A stretch of DNA of 64,000 nt from an uncultured Rubrobacteraceae bacterium (GCA_963800975.1 CAWDDB010000013.1:110057-174056); one strand, 5' to 3'. Positions 46,848-55,977 are shown, counted from the first letter of the stretch. Numbers and translations: made by a program. The notes: generated by a model from the letters alone, not told the origin.

Positions 46848-48744
46848 TAGCGGCGGCCAATGGAAGTCGCGCCGGCGATGGCTCGGGGTCGTGGCCGCGC
46901 TTGTGCTGAGCATTCTCGCGGCGGGTGTGATCATGACACTGCAGCCCCTCGATCCCTTGCCCGCGAGCGCTTCGACGAACGAGTTCTCGGCCGAGCGGGC
47001 CTTCGCCCACGTCGATCGGATCGCCCGGCGGCCGCATCCGGTGGGTTCGGAGGCGAACAGCGAGGTCCGCCGGTACTTGATCCGGCAGCTGGAGGACCTC
47101 GGGCTACAGCCCAACGTCCAGGCGACCACGGCCGTCCAGAAACACCCGGACGGGACCGCTTCGCTGGCACGCGTTCACAACATCCACGCCCGGATCGAGG
47201 GAACGGAGCCCACCGGGCATGTCGTCCTCGTCGCCCACCACGACTCGGCACCCAACAGTCCCGGGGCCTCCGACGACGGGGCCGGGGTGGCCGCCATCCT
47301 CGAGATCACCCGAGCGCTCACCTCGGGTACTCCGCCGCGCAACGACGTCGACGTCTTGCTCACCGACGCCGAGGAGCCGGGCCTGCTCGGCGCGCAGGCG
47401 TTCGTGAACGCTGGCCGGCTCGATCCTCGGCGCAGCGTCGTGCTCAACCTCGAGGCTCGCGGCACGTCCGGGCCAGCGATCATGTTCGAAACCAACTCGG
47501 ACAACGCGAACGTCGTTCCGGCCCTCGCGAGCGCGCGGCGCCCGATCGGAGGGTCGGAGACGGCCGCGATCTACGGGCTGCTGCCGAACAACACCGACTT
47601 CACTTCCTTCCGCGAGGCCGGCTTCGCCGGATTGAACTTCGCCTTCGTGGACGGCTCGGCCCACTACCACACGCCGGGGGACTCGCCGTCCAATCTTGAC
47701 CCCTCGAGCCTGCAGCACATGGGCTCTGCCGTGCTCGGTTCTGCCCGCTACCTTGCAGAGCAAGACCTGGGCGCACGGCGAGGCGGAGAGCTCACGTACT
47801 CCAGCGTGCTGGGACAGCTCGTCTACTACCCGCAGGGTCTGACTATCCCGCTGTCCGTTCTCGCGGCCGTGGCGTTCGCGGCAACCGTGCTGTATGCGCG
47901 GAGACTGGACGGTGTGCGGGTACGCGGGGTCGCGTGGGCTGCGGCTGCCTTCATCGCGCCTCTGTTGGCGACGGCGGCGCTCGGGATCGGGGCCTGGCAG
48001 GCGCTGATGCTGCTCCGCCCCGGCTACAGCTCGTTCCTCTTCGGCGACCCCTATCGCCCCGGGTGGTACGCGGCCGGCCTGCTCACGCTGGCGGCCGCGG
48101 CGACCGTTGCCTGGTACCTCCTCCTGCGCCGGCGCCGCGAACCGGAGGAAGCTGCCCTGGCGGTCTGGGCCTGGATGGTCGTGCTCGCCATTCTCACCAC
48201 CGTGTTCGTGCCGGGGGCGGCCTACATGTTCACCTGGACCGTGCTCGTGGGCTGCGGCGCCCTGGCGGCCGCGATACGCTGGGGTGGGGCAGATCCGACG
48301 TGGCGGTGGTTCGCCTGCTGCGCGGCCGCCGCGCCGGCCATCGTGGTGTTCTTGCCGCTGGTCGACTTCTCGACCGGCCTGCCGTCCGCCGCCTTTCCCA
48401 TGATCGTCGCGGTTCTGGTCCTGGGCGTTGCCCTGCCGGTGTTGGATCTCCTGGCGCCACGTCGCGCCTGGCTCGTGCCGCTGGCGCTGTCGGTGGTGGG
48501 GCTCGGCCTGTTCGCCGCCGGGGTACGCATCGACACCTTCGACGTGCAGCACCCCCGCCAGACCAGCCTCGTCTACGCCCTCGACGCCGACCAGGAACGG
48601 GCCTGGTGGTTCAGCGCCGACCCCAACCCGACGTCCTGGACCGACCGCTACGTCGACCCGGAACGCCGCGACTTCGCCGACGAGTTCCCCGCCAACGGCA
48701 TCTTCTCTTTCCCCCCCGCTACCACGCTGGACCGGCTTCCGTAG
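46840..48744 (+). CDS. M28 family aminopeptidase fused to a polytopic membrane domain (reading frame ends prematurely)
   Basis: HHDSAPNSPGASDDGAGVAAILE and TDAEEPGLLGA are M28 zinc-ligand motifs, followed by about 8 TM helices. The ORF stops 25 nt after a C7 run. Confidence 0.8.
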   Translation: MSSSGGQWKSRRRWLGVVAALVLSILAAGVIMTLQPLDPLPASASTNEFSAERAFAHVDRIARRPHPVGSEANSEVRRYLIRQLEDLGLQPNVQATTAVQKHPDGTASLARVHNIHARIEGTEPTGHVVLVAHHDSAPNSPGASDDGAGVAAILEITRALTSGTPPRNDVDVLLTDAEEPGLLGAQAFVNAGRLDPRRSVVLNLEARGTSGPAIMFETNSDNANVVPALASARRPIGGSETAAIYGLLPNNTDFTSFREAGFAGLNFAFVDGSAHYHTPGDSPSNLDPSSLQHMGSAVLGSARYLAEQDLGARRGGELTYSSVLGQLVYYPQGLTIPLSVLAAVAFAATVLYARRLDGVRVRGVAWAAAAFIAPLLATAALGIGAWQALMLLRPGYSSFLFGDPYRPGWYAAGLLTLAAAATVAWYLLLRRRREPEEAALAVWAWMVVLAILTTVFVPGAAYMFTWTVLVGCGALAAAIRWGGADPTWRWFACCAAAAPAIVVFLPLVDFSTGLPSAAFPMIVAVLVLGVALPVLDLLAPRRAWLVPLALSVVGLGLFAAGVRIDTFDVQHPRQTSLVYALDADQERAWWFSADPNPTSWTDRYVDPERRDFADEFPANGIFSFPPATTLDRLP

Positions 48745-49154
48745 CCGAGCTCAGGTCGCCGAACGTCGAGGTGATCCGAAGCCGACAGGTCGGCGACACT
48801 AGGGAGCTCGAGTTGCGCGTCGCTCCCGGCGCGGCCTCACGCCTCGCGGTCTACGCCGACACCAGCGCCCACACCCTGGCCGACGCGACGGTCGACGGAG
48901 TGAGCGTGGAGACGGCGGATGGTGGACCGCAAAGCGCTGGCCCATCTGAGTGGGGGTTCGTGTTCCACGCGGCGCCACCCGAGGGGATCGACGTGACGCT
49001 AAGGGTGCGCGGCGAAGGCCCGCTGCCGCTGCGCGTCGTCGCCTACCGCGGCGGGTTCCCGCGAGTCCCCGAGTTCACACCTCGTCCGGAGGACGTGAGG
49101 TGGTCGGCAGCCTCGTCGAACCTCACCATGATCACAAGGACCTACGGCGTGTAG
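48711..49154 (+). pseudogene. Out-of-frame C-terminal continuation of the M28 membrane peptidase
   Basis: The neighbouring frame reads on for ~137 codons (...VAELRSPNVEVIRSRQVGDTRELELRVAPG...LRVRGEGPLPLRVVAYRGGFP...) with coding-like composition. One extra C in the C7 tract (48711-48717) would fuse it to the upstream ORF. Confidence 0.5.
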
Positions 49155-49661
49155 CCTGCCCTGCGACGCCACCAGCCGGATCTCGGCCCCGGCCTGGGAG
49201 ATGAAGCGGATCGCCGGCCGTCGCCTCAAGCGTGTCGGGGTCCCGCCGCGCGACCGATGACGCGCGCCGAACGGGGACGAAGGGCTTTGGAAGCTTCCTG
49301 CCCCGGTTGTCGGCGCATCAGTGGGCTGGCGCGCTCGAGTTCATGATCCGGGCTGTACCGCAAAGTCCCTGGCCGAGGCCGGCGCGGACGGACAGGCACG
49401 GACAGGGGCTACGCCGACAACGCGCATGAGGGCACCCTCAAGAAGGTCGGCCCGGTTCTCGGTGCCCGGCGCAAGAGGATGTTTGCGCAGCCCATGCCAG
49501 TGTGCGCGGAGTTTGTGGGCATGCCCATCCCCCAGCGCCCGGAGGCGATCTTCGGCTGGCCGAGCGCCCAGTTTTCGAGGAAGGTGCGCGCGGTCACATC
49601 CAGACGCTTCGAGCTGAAGGCGGTCACCTTCATCTCGGGGTCCTCCATTCTATGTCCGTGG

Positions 49662-49680
49662 GGATTAGCCGGATTAGAAT
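49662..49680 (+). promoter_or_regulatory. Direct repeat GGATTAG-CC-GGATTAG overlapping a TAGAAT -10-like box upstream of the island LuxR gene
   Basis: GGATTAG occurs at 49662-68 and 49671-77, and TAGAAT at 49675-80, 31 nt before ATG 49711. TGGGGATTAG is the reverse complement of CTAATCCCCA in element copy B. Confidence 0.4.
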
Positions 49681-49710
49681 ACGACTCGGGAGACGGATCG
49701 GGGGACCTGC

Positions 49711-52428
49711 ATGCTAACCTCACTCATTTCGACCAAGCTGCGTTCGCCGCAACTTCGCGCCGACCTGGTCACGCGGCCGCGGTTGACCGAAAAGCTGGAA
49801 CCGATGCCGGGGCGCAGGCTGACGCTGGTCTCCGCGCCGGCGGGCTTCGGCAAGACCACCCTGCTCGGCGAGTGGCTGGAGGCGCTTGCGAGCGGCGAGC
49901 GGTCCGTCGCCTGGGTATCGTTGGACGAAGGCGATAACGACCCGGCACGCTTCATCTCTTACCTGGTGGCCGCATTTCGGGATTTCCACGATGGAATAGG
50001 GGAGGGCGTACTTTCCTCGTTGCGCTCACCGCAACCGGCACCCCTCGACGCCCTGGTGGGCGCCCTCGTCAACGATCTCGCCGACATCCGGAGTGTGAAG
50101 GTTCTGATCCTCGACGACTACCACGTCATCGAAGCGGAGCCGGTCCACGGGATCGTCACCTTCCTGCTCGAACACCTGCCGGAAGACATGCACCTCATCA
50201 TCGCCAGTCGCGTCGATCCGCCCCTTCCGCTCTCTAGGTTGCGTGCCAGGGGTCAGATGGCCGAGCTGAGGGCCGCCGACCTGGCCATGACCCCGGAGGA
50301 GGCCGCGGATTTCCTGGACGGCGTGATGGGGCTGGAGCTCTCGGCCGAGGACGTGGCCGCACTCGAGGAGCGAACCGAGGGTTGGATCGCGGGTCTGCAA
50401 CTGGCCGCGCTCTCGATGCGGGACCGCAAAGACCTCTCCGGGTTCGTCAGGGCTTTTTCGGGCAGCCATCGCGACGTCCTGGACTTCCTGGCCGGGGAGG
50501 TTCTTGATCGGCAACCCGAAGGGGTCCGTGAATTCCTACTGGAAACCTCTATCGCCGATCACGTGACGGGTGCGCTGTGCGACGCGCTCACCGGCCGCTC
50601 CGACGGCCAGGAGACACTGGAGAGGCTGGAGCGGGAGAACCTCTTCGTCGTCACCCTCGACGACGAGCGCAGGTGGTACCGCTACCACCACCTCTTCGCC
50701 GACTTCCTGCGCGGCCGCCTCGAACTCGAGAGCCCGGAGGAGGTCAAGGAGCTGCGCCTGCGGGCTGCGGCGTGGTACGAGCGGGAGGGGCGAGCGTCCG
50801 AAGCGATCGGGCACGCGCTGGCCGCCGAAGACTACGAGTGGGCGGGGCGCCTCATCGAACAGGTGGTCGGAGAAAACCTGGTCCACGGCGAGGTGCTTAC
50901 CCTGCTTGGCTGGCTGGAGGCGTTGCCCGAAGAAACCAAGCGCGAGCGACCGCGACTGTTGCTCGAGAACGCTATGTCGCTGATGTGGATCGGCCGGCCG
51001 GACGACATCGAACCCCTCCTGCGAGAGGTCGAGCGTGCGGCAGGTGCCACCGGGTTGGACCCCCGCGAAGATCCGCCTGAAACCGACGAGTTCAACCGCC
51101 GGCACCTGTTGGGGTACGCCACGGCCATCCGATCCTGGCTCGTCTACCTTCGGGGGGATCCTTCAGAGGCGATCGAACTCGCCCGACGCGCCCTCGAGGT
51201 TCTGCCCGAGGACCCGACCCCACGCTCCTTCGCCGCCCTTTCCCTGGGGATGGCGTACCACAACACAGACGATCTGGAGGCGGCGAGCCAGGCCCTCGCC
51301 GAGGCCACCGAGCTCGGCCGGGCGTCGGGTAACACCTACGTGGCCGAATCGGCCATGACCTACCTCGCCAGGCTGCAGATGGCGCGAGGACGGCTCTGGG
51401 AAGCGGAGAACGTTCTGCGACGTACCCTCCGGGTCGCGACCGAACAAAGCGACGCCTCCCTGCCGGCCGCGGGGTGGGTATCCGTGACCCTGGGCGAGTT
51501 GCTGTACGAGTGGGACGACCTGGACGCCGCGGAAGATAGGCTGACGGAAGGCCTGGAGCTGGCCGAGCGGACGGCGGACGTCGGTAGCCTGGTAGACGCG
51601 CACGTCGCACTTTCGCGCGTGGAGCAGGCGCGAGGCGACGCGGAAGGCGCCCTCGAGACGGCCCGGGACGCCGAGCACCTGGCGCGAAGCACCGGCGTGG
51701 TCCTGCTCGTCGTCTACGCGGCGGTCTGGAAGGCGCGGGTGCACCTGGCGATGGGCGACGTGGCGGCCGCCGCCGCCGAGCAGGAGCGGGCGGCAGGAGC
51801 GGGCGTGATCCCGGCTTCCGAACGTGAGGGGGAGCGGATCGGCATGGCGCGGCTGCTGATAGCCCGCCGCGAGCACGACCAAGCGCTTAGGCTGCTCGAT
51901 GGCCTGCTCGCGCCCGCGGAGTCCGCCGGACGGATGGGAAGCGCGATACAGGTCCAGGTCCTGCGAGCGCTGGCTCTATGGGCCAGGGAGGAGAAGAAAC
52001 CGGCGTTGAACACCCTGGCGCAAGCCCTCGCCCTGGCCGAGCCGGAGGGCTACGTCAGGACCTTCGTAGACGAAGGACCACAGATGGCCGAGATCCTCTC
52101 CGCCGCGCTCGAAGCCCACCAGAGGGGACGCTTGGACCCGCCCGTCCCGGCGCACTACATGAGGAAGCTCCTGGCGGCCACCGAACGGGCGACGCCGCCG
52201 ACCGCCGGTCGTGCCCGATCCTCCGAGCAACTCCCCGAGCAGTTGAGCGAGCGCGAGCGCGAGGTGCTCGTCCTGATCGCCGCCGGCAAGACCAATCGGG
52301 AGATCGCGAAGGAGCTGTTCGTGAGCGTGGGCACGGTCAAGTCCCACGCCAAGAGCATCTACCGCAAGCTGGATGCACACAGCCGCACCCAGGCCGTCTC
52401 TACGGCCAGGGATCTGAACCTGATCTAG
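49711..52428 (+). CDS. MalT-like LuxR family STAND transcriptional regulator (AAA/NACHT-like ATPase + TPR-like sensor + LuxR HTH)
   Basis: The N-terminus STKLRSPQLRADLVTRPRL is MalT-like. Walker A is SAPAGFGKTTLLGEW and Walker B is ILDDYHVI. The C-terminus is LSEREREVLVLIAAGKTNREIAKELFVSVGTVKSHAKSIYRKLD. Confidence 0.9.
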   Translation: MLTSLISTKLRSPQLRADLVTRPRLTEKLEPMPGRRLTLVSAPAGFGKTTLLGEWLEALASGERSVAWVSLDEGDNDPARFISYLVAAFRDFHDGIGEGVLSSLRSPQPAPLDALVGALVNDLADIRSVKVLILDDYHVIEAEPVHGIVTFLLEHLPEDMHLIIASRVDPPLPLSRLRARGQMAELRAADLAMTPEEAADFLDGVMGLELSAEDVAALEERTEGWIAGLQLAALSMRDRKDLSGFVRAFSGSHRDVLDFLAGEVLDRQPEGVREFLLETSIADHVTGALCDALTGRSDGQETLERLERENLFVVTLDDERRWYRYHHLFADFLRGRLELESPEEVKELRLRAAAWYEREGRASEAIGHALAAEDYEWAGRLIEQVVGENLVHGEVLTLLGWLEALPEETKRERPRLLLENAMSLMWIGRPDDIEPLLREVERAAGATGLDPREDPPETDEFNRRHLLGYATAIRSWLVYLRGDPSEAIELARRALEVLPEDPTPRSFAALSLGMAYHNTDDLEAASQALAEATELGRASGNTYVAESAMTYLARLQMARGRLWEAENVLRRTLRVATEQSDASLPAAGWVSVTLGELLYEWDDLDAAEDRLTEGLELAERTADVGSLVDAHVALSRVEQARGDAEGALETARDAEHLARSTGVVLLVVYAAVWKARVHLAMGDVAAAAAEQERAAGAGVIPASEREGERIGMARLLIARREHDQALRLLDGLLAPAESAGRMGSAIQVQVLRALALWAREEKKPALNTLAQALALAEPEGYVRTFVDEGPQMAEILSAALEAHQRGRLDPPVPAHYMRKLLAATERATPPTAGRARSSEQLPEQLSEREREVLVLIAAGKTNREIAKELFVSVGTVKSHAKSIYRKLDAHSRTQAVSTARDLNLI

Positions 52429-52480
52429 CACAAGCCGTCGAGGCCCTACCGGGCAGCACTCGACCATCCGGCGGCGGGTG

Positions 52481-52528
52481 ATCTCTCCCCCCTAATCCCC
52501 ACTTTGGGGGATGCCGCTACCCACCGTC
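52481..52528 (+). promoter_or_regulatory. Conserved island element, copy B (palindrome ATCCCCA-CTTT-GGGGGAT at 52495-52512)
   Basis: See copy A. TAAAAA at 52535 lies 31.5 bp from the palindrome centre, and ATG 52582 is downstream. Confidence 0.7.
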
Positions 52529-52581
52529 TCCCGGTAAAAAGGTGAGTAGTGAAACACGGCGATCTGGAAGAAAGGAGCACG

Positions 52582-53451
52582 ATGGAAGTTGGCAAAGACA
52601 GCAGCGCCGGGCGAGGCACGACGGCGAGCAACGGGACGCCGGCGATCTCGGCGAGGGGGTTGCGGAACACCACCTGGACCGGCATGGTCCCGGTCGATGA
52701 CACGGCTCTGGCCGTGACCGACATCCGCGGCCCTGGCCGTCCCATCGTCTACCTCAACGGCGCCTATGCCGACCAGCGGCCATGGCGGCCCGTGATCGCC
52801 GAACTCGGGCCCGACTGGCGACACATCACCTACGACGAGCGGGCCCGCGGCAGATCGAAGCGCTCGTCGGACTACTCTTTCGAGGCGTGCCTCCGAGATC
52901 TCGATGCCGTCCTCGATGCGACCGGGGTGGACCGGCCGCTGCTCGTGGGCTGGTCCTACGGCGCGACGCTCGCGGTGCACTGGGCCGAGAGGAATTCGGA
53001 CCGCGTCGGGGGGGTGGTGTCCGTGGACGGCGCTATGCCGTACGGCTTGACCGGCGAGGAAGGTCGCGAGCGGATCCGGAAGCTGTTCGGCCGGATGCGG
53101 TTGGTGCTACCGCTGGTGCGCCCGCTTGGCCTGGCCGCGCGGATGAGCGCCGACCAGCACGCCGAGGTCAACATCGAGATAAACGAGATCAACGCCGCCA
53201 TCGCGTCGGTCTTCGAGCGCGTGAGCTGCCCGGTGCGGTACGTCCTTGCCACAGGTGCCAACCTCGGCGGGGGCCAGGAGGAGATGGAACAGGTGCGGGC
53301 CTCACTCGATCCGGTGCTCGCCCGGAATCCGAACATCAGGGTCAGCGCGAAGGTCGCGAGCAACCACTCCAAGATCGTGCGTAAGGACTTCCGGGCCATC
53401 GCCGAGGCCGTACGAGAGACCGCGGCCGCCTACGATCAGGGGGTCCGCTGA
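52582..53451 (+). CDS. Alpha/beta hydrolase carrying a ~28-aa N-terminal segment homologous to the N-terminus of the downstream ABC ATPase
   Basis: The hydrolase core has IVYLNGAY, the nucleophile elbow LVGWSYGA and a C-terminal SNHSKIV. The N-terminus GRGTTASNGTPAISARGLRNT parallels GRSATASRGASAISARGLRKS of ORF 53686. Confidence 0.8.
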   Translation: MEVGKDSSAGRGTTASNGTPAISARGLRNTTWTGMVPVDDTALAVTDIRGPGRPIVYLNGAYADQRPWRPVIAELGPDWRHITYDERARGRSKRSSDYSFEACLRDLDAVLDATGVDRPLLVGWSYGATLAVHWAERNSDRVGGVVSVDGAMPYGLTGEEGRERIRKLFGRMRLVLPLVRPLGLAARMSADQHAEVNIEINEINAAIASVFERVSCPVRYVLATGANLGGGQEEMEQVRASLDPVLARNPNIRVSAKVASNHSKIVRKDFRAIAEAVRETAAAYDQGVR

Positions 53452-53685
53452 GCCGATGGCGGACGGGCTCACGTTCGGTCAGGCAGCCGCGTTCGCCGGC
53501 GTCACAGTGAAGATCCCGCCGGGGGTCGTGAGCGCCGGAGAAGGGTCCCGCGGGAGGAGACCTGCCTCCGGGCCTGCGTCTCCGAGGATAGCAGGCCGCG
53601 CGGGACGTACATCGTTTGGATCGCGGGGCGCGACGACGCGGAGGAAGAGGCGTTCGAGCCGATCCCTCGACGACACGAAAGGAGC

Positions 53686-54693
53686 GTGATGGAGAAGAGA
53701 GAAATACACACCGGACGGAGTGCGACGGCGAGTCGCGGGGCGTCGGCGATCTCAGCGAGGGGGTTGCGCAAGTCGTTCGGCGAGCAGGTCGTGCTCGACG
53801 GCATAGACCTGGACGTCGCAGAGGGGACTACCTTCGCGCTGCTCGGTCCCAACGGCGCCGGCAAGACCACCGTGGTGAACATCCTCTCCACGCTCATCGG
53901 CGCCGACGGCGGCGAAACGAGGGTCGCAGGCCACGATCCGGCCCGAGATCCCGACGGGGTGCGCGGCGCGATCGGCGTCACGGGGCAGTTCTCGGCGGTG
54001 GACGACCTGCTCACCGGCGAAGAGAACCTGATCCTGATGGCCGACCTGGGCCACCTGGGCCGATCCGAGGGCTGGCGGCGCGCGGCCGAACTGCTGAGGC
54101 GCTTCGATCTGGCCGAGGCGGCCAGGAAGACGCCCGCCACCTACTCCGGCGGTATGACGCGCCGGCTCGACCTCGCGATGACGTTGATGGGAGACCCGCG
54201 CATCGTCTTCCTCGACGAGCCGACCACCGGCCTGGACCCGCGTAGCCGTCGCACCATGTGGGAGATCATACGCGACCTCGTGGCCGGCGGCGTCACGATC
54301 TTCCTGACGACGCAGTACCTGGAGGAGGCCGACGAGCTCGCCGACCGGATCGCGATCCTCGACCGAGGCAGGCTGGTCGCCGAGGGGACCCCCGACGAAC
54401 TCAAGCGCCGCATCCCAGGAGGCCACGTCCGCCTGCGCTTCGCCGACCCGGGCGGACTCGAATCGGCCGCCCTCGCCGTCGGCGAGTCCTCGCGCGACGA
54501 CGAAGCGCTCACGCTTCAGGTCCCGATAGACGGCAGCGTCGGATCGCTGAAGACCGTCCTCGACCGTCTCGACGGAGAGTCGTCCTCAGTCGAAGGGTTG
54601 TCGGTACACACCCCCGACCTCGACGACGTCTTCTTCGCCCTCACCGGCCAACTCGACGTCGGAAACCACGACACCGAAAAGGAGAAGCCATAA
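53686..54693 (+). CDS. ABC transporter ATP-binding protein (DrrA-like, ABC-2 exporter family)
   Basis: Walker A GPNGAGKTT, signature YSGGMTRRLDLA, Walker B VFLDEPTTGLD, and a C-terminal DrrA-type domain. Confidence 0.9.
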   Translation: MMEKREIHTGRSATASRGASAISARGLRKSFGEQVVLDGIDLDVAEGTTFALLGPNGAGKTTVVNILSTLIGADGGETRVAGHDPARDPDGVRGAIGVTGQFSAVDDLLTGEENLILMADLGHLGRSEGWRRAAELLRRFDLAEAARKTPATYSGGMTRRLDLAMTLMGDPRIVFLDEPTTGLDPRSRRTMWEIIRDLVAGGVTIFLTTQYLEEADELADRIAILDRGRLVAEGTPDELKRRIPGGHVRLRFADPGGLESAALAVGESSRDDEALTLQVPIDGSVGSLKTVLDRLDGESSSVEGLSVHTPDLDDVFFALTGQLDVGNHDTEKEKP

Positions 54694-55484
54694 TGAATTC
54701 CCTCTCGCTCTGGGCAGGCGACTCGGCGCCGATGCTGCGCCGCCAACTCCGGCGCATGCTGCGCTACCCGTCCATGACGGCGATCCTCGTCGGCATGCCC
54801 GTAGTCTTCCTGCTTTTGTTCGTCTACGTCTTCGGCGGCACGCTGGGCGCCGGACTCGGCGGCGTCTCGGGCGGACGCGCCGCCTACGTCGACTACGTCG
54901 CTCCCGGCATCCTTTTGCTGACCGTGGCCGCCGTGGCGCAGGGGACGGCGATCTCGGTCGCCATGGACATGACCGGGGGTATCATCGCCCGGTTCCGCAC
55001 CATGGCGATCTCCCGCGCCTCGGTTTTGACCGGCCACGTCCTCGGAGCCATGATCCAGACCATGCTCGCCGTCGCCGTCGTCACGGGCGTCGCGCTGCTC
55101 GTCGGTTGGCGGCCCACCGCCGGCCCCGTCGAATGGATCGCCGCCATCGGCGTCCTGGCGATGGTCTCCTGGGCGCTCACCTGGCTGACCGTCGCGCTCG
55201 GCCTTGTGTCAGAGAGCGTCGAGACCGCCAGCAACCTCCCGATGCCGCTGATCCTGTTGCCGTTCCTGGGCAGCGGCTTCGTCCCCACCGACTCGATGCC
55301 CACCGCGCTGCGTTGGTTCGCCGAGTACCAACCCTTCACGCCCATCATCGAGACGCTGCGGGGACTGCTCATGGGCACCCCCATCGGCAACAGCGCGATC
55401 ATCAGCGTCGCCTGGTGCGCGGCCATCTCGCTGGTCGGGTACCTGTGGGCGCGAGCGCTGTTCGACCGCGATCCCGCACGGTAG
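54693..55484 (+). CDS. ABC-2 type transporter permease
   Basis: ATG 54693 overlaps the ATPase stop (TAATG). 263 aa and six TM helices, with a typical DrrB-like layout. Confidence 0.85.
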   Translation: MNSLSLWAGDSAPMLRRQLRRMLRYPSMTAILVGMPVVFLLLFVYVFGGTLGAGLGGVSGGRAAYVDYVAPGILLLTVAAVAQGTAISVAMDMTGGIIARFRTMAISRASVLTGHVLGAMIQTMLAVAVVTGVALLVGWRPTAGPVEWIAAIGVLAMVSWALTWLTVALGLVSESVETASNLPMPLILLPFLGSGFVPTDSMPTALRWFAEYQPFTPIIETLRGLLMGTPIGNSAIISVAWCAAISLVGYLWARALFDRDPAR

Positions 55485-55685
55485 GCGGGCTTCACAGAAA
55501 TCAAGGGCATCGAGGTCGAGGAGATCGTGGAGCCCTTCGGCGTACGCGCTGTGGTCGGGCGTCGCCATCGACGCCTACTTCCTGATAGGTGGGATCCTGT
55601 TCGGCGTGGCGGCCTGGGGCTACCAGTGCGGATCGCGCAGTAAGGCTAGGAGGATGTCGGGCTGGTGAGGACCCGCTTGGAGAAG

Positions 55686-55733
55686 ATCTCCTCCCCCTGA
55701 TCCCCCCTTTAGGTGATGCTGCTACCCCCGGTC
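55686..55733 (+). promoter_or_regulatory. Conserved island element, copy C (degenerate palindrome ATCCCCC-CTTT-AGGTGAT at 55700-55717)
   Basis: See copy A. TACGTT at 55740 lies 31.5 bp from the palindrome centre, and GTG 55785 is downstream. Confidence 0.65.
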
Positions 55734-55784
55734 GGACGATACGTTAGGACTGCCCGATGAGCCACCCAAAAGAGGAGGACCGGA

Positions 55785-55925
55785 GTGAACGAGATAATGG
55801 ATCCCCAGCTCATAAAGCAGCGTCACGAGGAGCTGCTGCGCGAAGCGGAACTGAATCGCCTGACCAGGGCGCTGCGGGACTCGCGCAAACGGCGCGAGTC
55901 CCGCGGGGCATCTGCCCTGGCGTAG
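55785..55925 (+). CDS. Small basic coiled-coil-like protein (46 aa; below the ORF-track cutoff)
   Basis: Hand-translated as VNEIMDPQLIKQRHEELLREAELNRLTRALRDSRKRRESRGASALA*. GTG lies 6 nt after AGGAGG, and there is an alternative ATG at 55797. Confidence 0.4.
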   Translation: MNEIMDPQLIKQRHEELLREAELNRLTRALRDSRKRRESRGASALA

Positions 55926-55977
55926 GAATCGAAGAGGATCGCCGGCAGTCTCCGAAAGCTGTTGAGGACCTCGAAGG

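Noticed and set aside
49155-49710. Possible gene between the M28 fragment and the LuxR regulator (e.g. minus ORF 49409-49723, MKVTAFSSKRLDV...).
   Set aside because: No frame gives a recognisable domain or a sustained gene-like third-position GC. It may be a decayed remnant, but I cannot support a call.
53457-53689. MerR/excisionase-type HTH start (MADGLTFGQAAAFAGVTVKI...) between the hydrolase and the ABC ATPase.
   Set aside because: Only ~20 residues resemble an HTH. The remaining ~55 codons are Arg/Ser/Gly-rich and unlike any Xis or MerR protein. At best it is a short remnant and it is not annotated.
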